Source: Dicyema japonicum
Taxonomy: Eukaryota; Animalia; Dicyemida
NCBI GenBank assembly: GCA_011109175.1
Contig: RDEW01000013.1
Span: forward strand, 1,051,771 to 1,115,770
Length of the DNA stretch: 64,000 nt
Direction: 5' to 3'
Positions 1-13,768 of the stretch are shown here, piece after piece. Position 1 is the first letter of the stretch. The number at the start of each line of letters is the position of its first letter. A model generated the notes under the pieces. That model saw only the letters and a list, made by a program, of their open reading frames with translations, was not told where the DNA came from and did no database searches. Position numbers and translations under genes: made by a program.

Positions 1-70
1 TTTTTTTAATTTTTTAACTTTTTAATGGCGAACCTAAATTTTTAAAAAACTAATAAAATTATATAAAACG

Positions 71-592
71 ATGTACGCTGCGATTTTCTGTGTTTTATTT
101 CTAAAAGTCAATTCTTCTCCTAGTAATGATGAAATAGAAATTAATAATTGTGGTACTAAAATATTAAAAATATAAACTTAGATGGAAGTACTAGCGAAGC
201 CAAAATTATTAAAAGATTGAATATAAGATGCAATGGTTATATAACAATAACTACATTACATTTCACACCAAGTAATTTGTGAGTTTTATTAGATTTGACT
301 ACAACTTCTTTAAGAGGAGATTATACTGTTATTCGTGGGAGCAGGTGTTCTTCCGATCAAGCCCTAAATATGAGGGAAATATATTTAAATATGAATGTGG
401 GAGTTGTTTTGATCAATGGGATCCCATCTGAGCTTCAATTAAATAATAAACAAATATCGAGGAAAGACTGGTTGTTTGTTTGAACAATTATAGAATCACT
501 GCTTGGACTTAAAATTCAAATTCAAGGACCGTAATGGTAATTCCATCATTTGTGTTATTTTCCCGGTTTCGTTACTACGACCTGTTTGTTAG
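71..592 (+). CDS. Secreted ML-domain (NPC2/MD-2-like) protein, type A copy 1; 4 exons; carries small frameshifts in exon 3 (error or pseudogene)
   Basis: ATG at 71 with signal-like MYAAIFCVLFLKVNS. GT-AG introns at 153-181, 272-292 and 471-493. C-terminus HCLDLKFKFKDRNGNSIICVIFPVSL resembles the NPC2 end ([20 protein letters not shown]). Same exon structure as the intact paralog at 45593. Confidence 0.7.
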
Positions 593-1499
593 TTCTCGAT
601 ATTCACTTTGGGGTTAAATTGAGTTTTGTGTTGACTAACTGTCAATTTAATTTAAATTAAGGAAATTAGGATTTTTAATTGAGTATCTTATATATGTCTC
701 CATAAAGCTTGAACTCCCTATTTCTCCTGTTTGAAAAACTCATACAAAATCTACGAATCCCCCGCGATAACTTCAACTAAGCTTTAATGATTAAGTAAAT
801 TTGACTGTGAATTCAGAAATATTTGATAAAAATTTCCGCCTTTTTTTTAAATCTCAAAAATGTGCCACTGAAATATCTTCCTGAAAATCATTATAAGTGA
901 CTTATTTAAAGACTAAAGAAAACCTTTATTGAATTAATTCTGTATTGTCTATAACTAACAAACTCTTTCTATTTTAACGATGATGATCTCCAAATGCTAG
1001 AAACACTCAAATAGCTTAGATAATGTTCAAAATCACCTAAGCATTCTGTCTGACTTTCTCCACCTGTCGAAGTATAATAGACCGATAGAAAAGCAACACA
1101 GTCTTTCTAATCCCAACTAACCTATTTCTATTCCTGGACAAACCGAAAAAAACTACTGATAATCTGAAAAATTGATTTTGTTATGATATCGAGTTTGATA
1201 GGAAAACGTCATAAATAATCACAAAATAGATTTGTCAGTAACTCTCTTATCAGTATATAAATAATAATGTCAATTTCATGGAATTTTGCTCTTAGATATG
1301 TGGCGTTACTGTTTTTAAAAATTTTGTGAACACAAAAGTTTCCTTGAACAGTATAACTGATTCTTTTGTTATACTGTGAATTCCTTTTCGAACACCATCT
1401 TATCAGTTAGTTATATGTATAACGATTTTTGAATCATAAATCCAAATTTTGACCTAATTGACTTTATGTAGATTTTATGTTGTCTCAGGAAAGCCTATG

Positions 1500-2770
1500 C
1501 CTTCCGTCGTAGGTAAAGGTTTTTTTCCTTTCCTACATTAGTGATGGTTTCTATAATTGTAGATATCGATCGATTGTTTGATAATGACACATCTTACTCA
1601 GATCGTGGGAACAGGATACAATCTATTTATTTATTAACCCCAAGCTTATAATCTTTGTTAACACAACACAAACAGTCGTGAATAACTGATCCAACGAGAA
1701 CGTCTTTTTGCGACGACCAAATCCATCTGCTTGTGTTGAACAGAGCAAAACATTAATTTTTGCTGATGAAGACTTAGCCAATTGTTGGAAGGGTATTGAG
1801 GTGTGTAAGGTTGAATAACCTCTTTTGAATCCATGTAGCGAGGATAAAAATGGAAGAGACGGGGTTTAAAATTAAGAATCAGTTTTTCCAATAATTTTGA
1901 GTGCATAGTAAAGAGATTTGTCGAAATGATGCAGGATTATTCTTAGGCTTCCCAGGCTTAAGGATAGGGCGTATATAGGACAGTTTCCAGATAGGTGGAA
2001 TTGTATTCATGTTTATTGAATTGTAGAAAATCACTGTGATTGCATCAATTGCAATGGGTCTATGGTGTTTTAGTAAGATAACAGAGATAGAATCAGGCCC
2101 ACGTGAGAGGGAAGAATTCATCCACTTCAAACCCTCACTGTCATCTGAGCGTGAGATAAAGTCGATCGGCTGGATTCTCTTCCGTCTATTGAGGACAAAG
2201 AAGGCCCATCTATTTTCCTGAAAGTTTTGTGGCTTATACTGGCGTAATATTTCATAAGTATGTTGAGACTGTGCTGATCCTTCTGCTGTTTTGTGTTGAA
2301 ATGTCATTTTGGGCCGAATTGTTTAATTACTCTCCATACTGTCTGAGCGGATTTCTAAAATGGAAGGGACGATACTAGTTTGCAATGTTAGTCGGCTTCA
2401 GCTCTTTAATTATTTTTGATATTTCGTCATTGAGAGTTTTTGTTTGACTTTTTCTGTCCGAGAAAGGAAGGTACTGTGTTGAAGAACTGTTTTGATGCGA
2501 ATAATGATTGTGGTCTGAAGATAATCCATAATGTACCGTACAAGATTTGTCGGTGCATGATTTTGAGAGCAGAAGGTAATGTCCGAAGACATTGATGAAA
2601 AAGTCCAATTGTGCTTCCTGGAGACTGGCAAATGTTTATGAGAGAGGTCTGTGCACAACAATTAATCACCTCGTTGAAATCTAAAAACGGTATTAAGAAT
2701 TCGAAGAAGTTTTTGAGGCATACTCACCTGATCATATTTACAATTTGGATGATACATGAATTCCATCCAG
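1500..2770 (-). mobile_element. Degenerate Jockey/I-type LINE (APE end and RT start)
   Basis: RGPDSISVILLKH...IPPIWKLSYIRPILKPGKPKNNPASFRQISLL (RT N-terminal motifs) and LSSDHNH (APE end); many frameshifts. Boundaries approximate. Confidence 0.8.
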
Positions 2771-3078
2771 AAGTATATGTAATCCCCATTTATCCAGAAG
2801 TATATGTAAATCCCCATTTATGTATATAAAAATTTAAAAAAAATAAAAATTTAAAAAAAATAAAAATTTTAAAGATAGAGTTTTTGTGTACAAAATGTAC
2901 AAGTCAAGTCACTATTAATAAGAAAAGCAAAGATTGATGTTTTAAAAAAATATGGTTGTAGTGAGCAGCTTTTTGAGTCTCTATTAAAAATGGTAAACCT
3001 CACTCCAGGACGAACGACAATGAACTGATTTGGACCTAATAAACCATACTTCCCGCAAGTCTCTTCCCTTCCCTGTTC

Positions 3079-3133
3079 GATAACCCGTAACCTAGGTCAC
3101 AGTAGCTCGACACCTACCACTATGCCATCCGGA
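3079..3133 (-). mobile_element. SINE 5' head fragment
   Basis: Reverse complement tccggatggcatagtggtaggtgtcgagctactgtgacctaggttacgggtt matches the head of the SINE at 3508; duplicated at about 16731-16785. Confidence 0.75.
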
Positions 3134-3507
3134 AAATAATTGTCTTGAATAAAAAAATCATATTCATTATATTTCGTTTAATTTATGATAATGTTCATAA
3201 TTATAATCGAACAACTCATCCTTAATCTAAGGATTAACGCACATGTAATCAATACTGTTATTTTAAATATATAATATTTTGATTTTTCCACTTAGTACTC
3301 CTCGGATTATATCATTTTTAATTAAAATCCAAATTAGCATATTTGGGTCATTATTTGGGTTACAGTCATTTGCTAAGTAAATTTTAATTAAGGAGATATG
3401 AATCTAATAAAGGAATTTTTTCTCCGTCAAGCCGAACCTTATGTGTAGATGGCTTGACCGCTCAGCTGGAATCTCATACTCAGAATTTAGAGATGCATCA
3501 TCGAAAA

Positions 3508-3825
3508 CCCGGGTGGCATAGTGGTTAGGTGTCGGGCTAGTGTGACTTAGGTTATGGGTTCGATTCTCGCTGCTGTTCACCTGGTGGAAGGTTCTACGCA
3601 TACGATGCTAAAAAGCTTGACGAGTGACGCCGTCATCAGTGGATATTCACTGCAAAATTGGATAGCTTAAAAAAACCCACACACAAGAAAAAGAAAAAAA
3701 CAAATGAAGACCATTTCTTGGTTCTACGATTTGTTAAAATTAACTGTTCTACTGTAAATAAAGTGTGTGTCCTGCCTATGCGGAGCTAATACCACGGCTC
3801 CGTCAAAAAGGCTGTTATTATTATT
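3508..3825 (+). mobile_element. Full-length tRNA-derived SINE
   Basis: A box TGGCATAGTGG, B box GGTTCGATTC, (TTA)n tail, and 11-bp TSD atcatcgaaaa at 3497-3507 and 3826-3836. Homologous to 49591-49929. Confidence 0.9.
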
Positions 3826-3951
3826 ATCATCGAAAAATTGACTCATCAAGTAAGTTAATATAAAGTATACAAACCTAATTAGAATATTGGGGAAAGTAAT
3901 GCGAAACACTAGGGCTTGCCAACCAATTCTACCTTAAATTCTCGTAAGAAA

Positions 3952-4130
3952 TCACAAAACACAGGGTTTTCGAGAAGACAAATCAAGAGACTTAGTGTAT
4001 TGTAAAAAACGACATTCTATGGTCTTTAGAGCATCAAAGTGGTTATGTTCGAGAACAGAACATGTAGGACAAATATTGGGATACAATCTGGTAATATACG
4101 TGGTTAAATATATTGTAAATTGTTGGAGAA
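3952..4130 (-). mobile_element. LINE C-terminal zinc-knuckle fragment
   Basis: YITRLYPNICPTCSVLEHNHF resembles the CxxC..H end of I-group ORF2. Confidence 0.4.
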
Positions 4131-5369
4131 GTCTAGATTGAATATTGAAGATGCTATTTATGTGTTTTATGTGGAGTTCTAAAATTGTGAAGCAGAAAAT
4201 CGCCAAAAACAATCCTGGCTGATGTTCAACTATAACAGTACAGTGAAAATGTTTGAAATAGATGCCAACATACGATTCCCCAACCTGCACCCATCGGCCT
4301 TCAAACTGTTTCAATTCGCCCCGTCTTTCATACGCCTTTCAAACTTTTTCAACACCAACAGAGACGCTAACCATTGGCTATCCTCTGTCGCATTCAATTC
4401 ACTAAATCGGTCTACTCTTCGCATGGTGGACAGTACAAGTTTATAAATCGATTTTCTATTCTTGGAAGTTACGACCTTTCCTCCGCTTTGTGAAAAGGCA
4501 GAAATCCACCTTTTCCTGGGAAAAGGAAAGTCGGTGGGTCAGAAGTTTTTTACTAAGTCAATTTCCTTGCAAGTAAGAGTGAATGCGCTTCTGGTTAGCG
4601 TTGTAGTTTTTCAGATGCACGTGTTTGGAATTTATTTATTGAAAACCCAAAAATAATCACTAAGTTATGGAAGAAACACGCCCACTATGTGACTCCAGTA
4701 CTTTCTATAAACTCGGAAAACACGACGGTGCTTCGGGGTATCATTTGAGCGCTCATTCTTTTCAGAAGAACCTAAAGAGCAATAATGATAATTGATTTTT
4801 ATTGAGTAGAGATTTTGTAAGTTTTTCAAGTTACAAAATTAATTCTCAACTCATGATATGAAGCCGAGTATGAATGGTGGAGAATGGTGGAAAATGCATT
4901 TCCCCAAATTAAACCGTATACGACGTTTATTAGCATTATTATGATAATAGCCGATGAAATGATATAAACTGGTTTTACGTTGACGGATCATTTGGAATAA
5001 CTGTTTAGGTCTGTGCTTGCAAACTGGACCACGTTAGCTCTTAAAGTTTCTGTTCCTACCTTGGATATGTAACGAACGTCGACATTGACAAAATCGACAG
5101 GTTGGGGGTTAACTAATATTCAGATTTTTCTACATTTGCTTTAAAAAGAAAATTATCTTCACTAAATCATTTTGTAAGGCAAATTCTTCCCGAAACTCGA
5201 ATCTGCTGAAAAGTGACCCCAACTCGCTTGTGTACGTCCAAATCCTCAACATTAATTACACGCTGGTTTACTGTAGCTGTTGACATGCAGAAAAATCTTG
5301 TTCAAACCTTCCAGCCTTACATCCCCACAAAGATTTTACCCCACAAAATTCTCAAGTGGTAATTTATTC

Positions 5370-5580
5370 GTTGGATACTTGGATACTCGGCCATTCTTGA
5401 ACCGGTCGGGTTATGCAGAAGTGATGGGAAACGACCGGAGGGGATGACCATATTTCCCTTTGAGGCCGGGAAACCAATTATTTGAGACGTGACATGTACA
5501 GACACGTTTGCCCCTAAAAATCTTCACGAGTGAGCTTCAAGGGCCAGCTATTCAATGAGGGCGGCAACTAACTAACTTAT
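5370..5580 (+). mobile_element. CRE-clade retrotransposon RLE fragment
   Basis: [40 protein letters not shown] aligns to the RLE domain of the element at 39263. Confidence 0.8.
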
Positions 5581-6749
5581 GTTTTGACAAAAAAAATTAT
5601 CTTCAAAAAATTTATTCGTTGTTACGGGAATTTAGCGTTTATGTCATTTACTTGACTGACCGTTTATGTCATTACTTGATGTGGAGCAAAGATAAATGGA
5701 GTTATCAACCGGTTGGTCAAATTTGATATTTTTTTAAAAGTCATATTTGTTGGAAAGAAGGAGAAAATAGTATTTTTAGTGGACGAAGGAACTCTGGATA
5801 TGACTGAGTCACTGTGGTTTCTTCCTGATATATTCTGGAGTGATTTCCCTCCGTAAGGCCATTTGTTATCATAAATGCTGCCACGTGTACCAGATTCAAA
5901 AAGGATGAAATAATGGAGGTCAAAGTAGACAGCCAATTACCACCTCCTGAAGTATTTGGGTATTTTAGTTCATAGAAACATATTTTTACGATATTATGAT
6001 CAACTTTAATAAAGTCACTTTTCTCTCTTTAAAATACAGTCTACGCTTTATAATTAAATTATTCCAAAGACCAAGGGTGAAACCAAACAAACCATTGATC
6101 CTTACGCGTTCCAGCAGAACCCTCACCCAAACACAGTGATCCAGAAGACGTTTTCAAGGGAGCTGAGGTCGGTTCCAGAACTTAGCGCCAGGGAAAGAAA
6201 TTCTCTCCCGGTAGAATCAATATATGGATCTTTTTGAAGACATTGGGCGTCTCATGACTAAGTTGGATCAGAGAGGAGAGAAATCTTAAATCAATTTGCC
6301 ACGTGGCACCACATTACACGCTTTATGTTTTTACGTCTATTTTGTTAAATAATTATAGTTATTTTATTTTTTTTAAAATAATTGGCTTTACAGCCTAGTT
6401 GATACTCTTTGAAATTAAGCTTCGCCAGTTAGACTTACGTCATTAAAATAGAGTTGCTTTAGGTGTGAGAAAGACACATATCATGGATAGTGGTCACGTG
6501 TTGTAGTGCGTGGAATAAGACAGGAATGGAACTCAGATTTCCCAGTCGACTTAAAGTTGAAGTTTATTCATTGCAAATCACATGTGTTGGTCTCTTCATT
6601 CCTCTTCAAGCCATACAGTGACAGACATGAACTACTTTAGCTCAATGACGCATTCTTTGAATCCCATCTTCACTGATGATATGGTTGTTTCATAAAGTCT
6701 CCCAATTTTCTGTTCACAAACTTTGTAACCAATTCGGAAGCTGTTTAAT

Positions 6750-6895
6750 CGGCCGGCAATCAACTTGGATGACAGGGGATGACAGCTATAGGGATCGATC
6801 CGACGTCCACAGCGACATTTTCGTTCAGCACACATTTTAAGGCAAAGACGGAGCGAGGAATTCACTCACCATCCACCCAGTTGCCGATTTCAGCA
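6750..6895 (-). mobile_element. CRE-clade CCHC fragment
   Basis: SSLRLCLKMCAERKCRCGRRIDPYSCHPLSSKLIAGR matches [34 protein letters not shown]. Confidence 0.75.
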
Positions 6896-8189
6896 TTAAT
6901 TATCGTTGTAGACTCCTCTTCCAAAGTATGTATGTACTCAACTAGAGTACTCTCAAGTGTCCTCTTCAACACATCAAATAAACATGTACCCTTATATCAC
7001 ATCAATTGACATAACTCCCATTTATGTTTTATAGGATCTGGAGACCACACCATCCTCAAAACAATACTGAAGTTTCGCACAATGTTTTATCTCCTTAATC
7101 AATAAGTCAATTTCACTAGACACATTTGTTCATGTTGAATAAATTAATTTCTTTGATTATTAAAATTTATATATATTTATGAATTATAAAAATTTATAGA
7201 TATATTTTAATATCCAATGAAAAATTTATGAAATTTAAATTTTTGATTCAATTTTCAACATCAATTAATTTATCGGGGTATTTCCCGTAGTTGTGGGCAG
7301 GAGGTTCCGTTCAATGTCCTCAGCGAGGATTAGAGTAACCAATCCGATCTTTAGGAGCGAAAGCTATGCGACTGATAAATACCGCCATTATCTTTCCGAC
7401 TTCCCGAGGTCGTTGAACAGGTTGACAATGGAATTATTGTGGTCATTTAGTTGCCAGATTAATACTGGAATGCAAATTTCTTAACGTGAAGGTGAACCAC
7501 ACCGAAAATTGGTAGCGACCTGCATCTGCAGCGTCTTATTTAATAGCTGGGGCCTCCTACTAGTTAGTGTGGCCGAGTTTACTTAAATAAGTAAATATCA
7601 GTTAGTGAGGCGAGTTTACTTAAATAAAAATTAATATGGCTGTGGCATATCATAATTAAAAAAATTCCAATTTCAAAAAATAGCTCCCAAAAGAACAAAT
7701 TTTCCCCCTATCTATAAATTTTGCCCTTGAGGTACGAATCGACCTTGTTGATAAAAAACTCAAACACATCAATATTCATCCATTTGGTCAAGCAAATTAG
7801 CTTCGTATCAAGGCCGAGCACATTAGTAGTATATTTTCGACATTTCATTCACGTCCAGCAGCTTCTAAGATGGAATTATCTATCATCACAATCGTTGTGT
7901 TTTCTTCTCGAAAGAATATTTTTAGGTTGTCCATAATCCGTAGGTGGTTGTTAAAGAATTACGAGATCCTAGATTGTGGTTGTCAATAATAATCGCTTAA
8001 TTTTTAATTTCGTAAATTGGTTTTTCAAAAATTCTACATCCACTGGGGGAGTCAGAGTTATCGAGTACCCTATACAAGAAGTCTAAGCCGATCATGATCC
8101 GCTGAATCGATGGCTCTATCAAACAGTCGCCAATTTATTTCCGTTAACTAATTGCTCAGCTGATTAAGTATTGCCTGGTCTTTAGTCCC

Positions 8190-8570
8190 TTGAGTCCTTC
8201 TTCGGGTTCTCAATTTATTGTGACTGTTCAGATGGGATCCCTAATATAGACAAAGTTTTCTGCTCTCAACATTTCGTAACCAACACTTATAAAGTGTGTA
8301 AATTAACACATTCTGTCGTATAAAATACTTCGGTGACCATAGCGTGTATTGTAGACAATTTAATGCTCTCATATTCTCACCATTATGTCTTTCCACTAAC
8401 AATACTCTGTTAGTTTGATTCACCCTTACTGAAAGACCAAATATTTCTCTTGCTTTTGTTTGTTCCATCTCTTTCGTCAATACTAGAAAACCGTCATGAG
8501 ATCCGGTTGTAATAGATAGTGGCAACTGTCTGGGTTATTTTCTATCCCCCATCTATTTTTGAAATGGAAG
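8190..8570 (-). mobile_element. Merlin/IS1595-like transposase remnant
   Basis: IFGLSVRVNQTNRVLLVERHNGENMRAL, followed across frameshifts by ENFVYIRDP, resembles the VFG..R...VE.R / NFV.DP Merlin motifs. Confidence 0.5.
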
Positions 8571-8691
8571 GTCCTGATTTTGTAACAAATAGAAACTGAT
8601 TTAAAAAATTATCAATTTATTTAAATAAATTAAAATATTTTGAATTTTATGTTTTGAAGTAAGGGATCAACAAACACGAATGGATAATCAG

Positions 8692-8757
8692 AAAGTGTGT
8701 GTCCTGCCTATGCGGAGCTAATACTACGGCTCCGTGAAAAAGGCTGTTATTATTATT
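8692..8757 (+). mobile_element. SINE 3' end stub (5'-truncated)
   Basis: aaagtgtgtgtcctgcctatgcggagctaatactacggctccgtgaaaaaggctgttattattatt matches the SINE tail at about 3760-3825. Confidence 0.85.
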
Positions 8758-11700
8758 CGGGTCTCAGACTATTACCACTATAACATACCAGATGACGTCA
8801 TCCACACTGGTCAGCTCAGAAAACCGAAATACTACTATCAATGAGAATTTTGAAACTGGAACCAAAGTCATAGTGTTGAAGAGAAGGAAGTCAAGCCTGG
8901 ATAATCCCTTTGCCTTTTTTAAATTCCAATATGTCTTGGAGCTTATTAAAAAATAACCCACTTTTAAAAAGCAGCAAGACCTTGTTCGTTTCGTGGACGT
9001 GTTCATGTGGATCAGTTACCAAGCCATTATTCTCACATAGAAAACCGAGGTAGTAAAATTTTATCAAAGCTACGTATTGAAAAACGTTATAATCAAGTTA
9101 GAGAGACTAACTCTTCAGGATGATGGAGGTATCGAAACATCCCGTATCTAATTCTTATGTCATTCTTCCTAAGAGTTTAGAGATGATCTCAGCCAAGTAG
9201 AAAAGGGCATCAAAGTGACGGAAGAGTGAATTTCCCCTAATAAAATGCCCAGCATAGACGCCAGTACGTGTTCGTGTGGGTTCAAGAGAAGAACATCGTG
9301 CCAAGCTGATGGCACGTTTGAACGTGTTGAGTTTGAATAATTATGGGTTTTACAGTGGTCATGGATTAGTAAAAATAGCTATTCATAATGATACAAGGCA
9401 TCGTGGTACACACTCTTAAGTTAACATATAGTTATCTGCTCTTGGCTTCCGTAAATTCCTACAGATATCATGGGATCCACTTAATACGGGAGATGCTTGG
9501 CCGACGCCCGAAAAAAATTCTTCCCTAATGAGTTAAGGGATTCCCACAATAGTGGATGGATGCTTAAAGAGAATTTGTTTCACGCTTAATGGTATATTTT
9601 ACGTGATTAAAAAGAATGATAGCAATTTTTTTGATAATTTCTCAATTTCACCCCCTATGTCTTTATATGCTATCTGAATGTCGAGTAATTGTCTGGTCTT
9701 TGGAAGAACCCCTTGATCCGTTCAACTACGACACTTTTTACTTAGTTGCTCAGCGTTTCCTCCTATTTCCTAGTGTTTCTTTACCTCTTAGGGCCAGCTT
9801 GATCGCCATTCTTCTCGTATTATCCAGAGGGTTTATTATTGTCTCTCTTTGGCGAAAATACCATCCTTCGCATCTTAGATGAGAGAGTCAAAATAATTCT
9901 TTCAAAAAGTCAAATCAAGTTTACTTAGACGAAATTTTCGTCATAATCCCTTTTATCTCCAAAACGGACACCCAAATAAGGCAGATGATTAAAATTGCTG
10001 ATACCACTCTGTGATAAATTGAGGTAAAAAGTATAGACCCCCAGGATAGTATGCTTTGAGCGAAGTGGACTGTAAAGGCAGCCTAAGTTATAAATTGGTA
10101 AATTATTGTTTGAACTACTGTTTCCGGAATATTGATTTTATAATCATAATGCTTGGTGACATTTTCATCATTTAGAAAATTTGAAGATTTAGTCGTCCTC
10201 TGTGAGCCAATGATTACTTACGTTGAACACGGGGGGTTTCGATCCCAAATTTAGGCATAAATCATCTTTTTGATATTAAAGTTAAGACCAAAAAAGAAAG
10301 AGATCGAAATCAAACACGTAAAATGAAATCTAAATGACATTTTGATATTTCCTTTATGTTCCAGACTTTGGCAACAATAATCGAGTACAAACTCTCAATA
10401 ATATACTAATATTCGAACTCTCATTCTGACATGATTTATTGTGAATTACTAAGGCATTCTTCGTTTCAGTGATCCACTAAGCTGGAAACTTGAGAAATTG
10501 ATCGGTTTGGTACTAAACTCGAGAGTATAAATTTTTGAGGACTACAAAAACCGGCAAGAACAATAATTGTATTAATAGAAATTCCAAAAACTGGCACAAA
10601 CAATAAATTATGTGTTTTTAAAGCTAAAACAAAATATTAAAGTTCGAGGATGACATTCAAACTGTGTGGCTATTTCCTCACATGACTGAGAGAGAAATGG
10701 CTGAGATTAGGTTTCTGAGTGTTGAAGTGTCAAAGAGTTTATTTTTGAAATTTCTATTGAGATTATAAGTCTTGTCTATACACATCACTATTTATATCTA
10801 ATTTTTAGAGTTTCATTCAGTTTTTAAACAATTTAAATAATGGAAGATATCTATTTTTGTAAATTAAGCAGTCACAAGACTCCATTTAGAGACGCACAAA
10901 TTAAATTAATTCGTTTTAAAGAATTATTAGTATCAAATGCTAGACATCATGTTGACAATCAGGATATTAAGTTTAAATTAACGGAAATCATAATCAATTA
11001 TTCGCAAATAGTAGATCTTATAGTTTCGAAGTGTTGCGATTGATAGGGCATTCAAGCATTATGTTTCGGATTGCAAGTCTTGGCAGCCTGATTTCTAGGT
11101 TCCCAGCAGGACCTTTTTAACTCCTCCGTGTATTCATTATACACAATTGACTTTTTGTCAGTTGGATTGATAATGTCAGAGTTTAGAGGTCGATTTTTGA
11201 TTATGATGTCCTGCTCGTTCTCATTTGACTTCGTATCATAATAACGTGGTGAAGGAGGATTTCCTCTTCTCTTCCACGTTCCCAACCCATGACCTTCAGT
11301 TCCTCTTCTTATAGAAGACATGGCTTCCCTGACATAGGACTGCTACCATAATCTGTTAATGCAAGATCTACTGTGCACTCTGGGGAATTTTGCTGTAAGA
11401 ACATCAATCTTTTGAATACAGATGACGGCGACCATGATCAGACAAGTACTATAAGAAAATAAAGTCCATATCCTATCTGGTATAAACAGAGCCTCTATTA
11501 ATTACTTGCTGAATTCAGTAGAGCGTTGTGAGGAGTAACCCACCTTACGAACTCATCCTTTTTAAAATAGACGACACCTTGGTTGTTGGGTCTAGTTTAT
11601 TTTTGCTACGAAATTAAGTGTCAATGACGATGAGCTTGGGAATTTAAATAGTTGATTAAGTTACTTAAGGAAACCTCGTTTAAATAACTGAATTATTTAG

Positions 11701-12699
11701 ATACTTAAGGAAACCTCGCAAATTGGCCACATTTTCAAAAAAATTTAAAACAATATTTTTCTAATTTTATTAACATTATTTAGCTTATTAAACACCTCAG
11801 ACTTATGGATTTGTCAGATACCCACCTATTTTTAGCGCAAAACTTCCTCTAATAATAACCGATTGAAACCAGAATTTACTACTTAGAATTGTAATAAATT
11901 TCAGTTTATTATTTTTTACTTTTAAAAGCTTTTTTATCAAGACTTTAAATTTTTTGTGGGACACTTATTTTTGTTTCAAAAAATTGTGAGTAATAAAATA
12001 AATAATTTAATGGTGAATTTTTAGAAGAGTAATTAAATTTTAAGATTTAAAAATTAAATTTTGATTTTTTCACACGTGGTAAGTCCATCTTTGTTCTTTT
12101 GTCTGTCTGGGATCTTGTGTTAATGCTTAGAAATGGTTAAGTTGAACGTTCAGGAGAATTTAAGGTCACGTCACTTGTTGGGCATTATATTTATCATAAA
12201 TTGCTAAGATTCCTCGGGGACCTAAGGGACAGACGAGTATGTCAGTGTGAAGTGGTAACATGTAAAAGTTCCTTGTGTGAACAATGAGCTAGAGAAACCA
12301 AATGATTGATTCAAAAGATTTTTAGTAGCTGTAAGTGGGAACTTCCCTTCCTTTCTTACGATTGGATATATCCGATTGTTTTGTTGTTTAATAATTTTTT
12401 GATTAAAATAATGGTCAGAAAGTGATATCTTTTAAAAAACATGCTGCTGTGCAATTTTGTAGTGTCGAAAATTAAATGTGCCTTTCTATATACTCTGGTT
12501 CATCTGTTGATACCCCACGTTCTACTCCTGACCATCCGCCTACTTATTCTTCATATACCCCATGATCTACTTCTGACCAACCTATTCCTTTTTCTTCTGA
12601 TATCCTATGTTTTACTTCTTAATTTTACAAACATGAAATACTCATCTTTTTGTATGGTCAAAACTCTAACATGGAACATAATACTCTGTGGAAATTTCT

Positions 12700-13270
12700 T
12701 GTACTTCGGGTAGTCAAATTATCCTAAACCGCTAGGAGCGTGCTAGAAGTATGACACTATCCTTCATGCTTTGGCATATGAAGAGAGGTTCCCTGTACCC
12801 GCTCATGTGTTGACTCATCCTTCAGCTGTCTACTACTCAAGGACTCAAAATCGATCCTACTCTTCATTTCGGAGCGACGTTCTCCACAGAAGATCCTCAA
12901 GGTCGTGATCCCCATGCGTTGCTTAGTTTATCGCTTTCCGTAGTGGGACTTAATTGAGAGGGTCACGAAAAGGAGTCTCTGCTGTAACCATTCAGCCAGA
13001 AATACTCCATATGATTCTCTGACGTAAACTTTGATATAATCCAAATGGTAGAAAAGAGTTCCATGATATTACTGCCCAAGTTTTTGTTCTCATGAGCACT
13101 TTGAATATGTCCAGGCCCTTCATTCGATCAAGATAATCTACGATTGTGCCCATATGTTCTTTGATCCTTGAGAATCCCTTCTTTCTTCAAACAATACATC
13201 AACTTCTCCACGATCCGTTCACTTTAGTGGGTAAAGTACACCAACTCTCTAAATTTATGTCTCAGCTCAT
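12700..13270 (-). mobile_element. Degraded RTE-like RT remnant
   Basis: Broken GPGHIQS... and GYREPLFICQSM motifs; heavily decayed. Confidence 0.4.
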
Positions 13271-13350
13271 AGTCTTTTTTTTTCCTGATTACAGATGATC
13301 CAATGCATTCTACGAACTTTCCTTATTTAGTTGCCAGATTATTACTGGAA

Positions 13351-13547
13351 GAACAGTTAATTTTAACTAATTGTAGAACCAAGGAATGATCTACACTTCT
13401 TTTTTTCTTTTTCTTGTTTGAGTGTCCTTTCTAAACAATCCAGCTCGGCAATGAGTATCCCCTGATGACGGCGTCACTCGTCAAACCCTTTCTGCATCGT
13501 AGATGCGTGGAACCTTTCAGCAGGTAAACAGCAGCGAGATTCGAATT
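13351..13547 (-). mobile_element. SINE internal copy (B box through body)
   Basis: Reverse complement matches the SINE at about 49638-49835 (ttcgaatctcgctgctg...gacgagtgacgccgtcatcag...ttaaaattaactgttc). Confidence 0.85.
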
Positions 13548-13768
13548 CAAAATTGAAGAAGGTCAAAATTGAAAAAGGTAAAGATTCAAAATTTGAAGAA
13601 GGTAAAGACAAAAAATACTTAGATGAAGTAAATAACAGTTCGAATAGAACTTACGTGGTATAATGTCTATAGACTTTAATTAAACTATAAATGGAAAGTT
13701 TTTTTAATTTTTTAACTTTTTAATGGCGAACCTAAATTTTTAAAAAACTAATAAAATTATATAAAACG

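Noticed and set aside
4860-4940. hAT dimerisation motif (WW...FP)
   Set aside because: Too short and degenerate to support.
7040-7132. Costars/ABRACL-like start (NVSSEIDLLIKEIK, minus strand)
   Set aside because: Similarity ends after about 14 residues and stops follow; may be an unidentified pseudogene.
10840-11043. 67-aa ORF as a host gene
   Set aside because: No recognisable motif and no supportable splice model.
13460-13490. Hammerhead ribozyme-like CTGATGA...AAAC in the antisense of the SINE body
   Set aside because: The stem uses the GA of the core and there is no GAAA after stem II; no stems I/III found.
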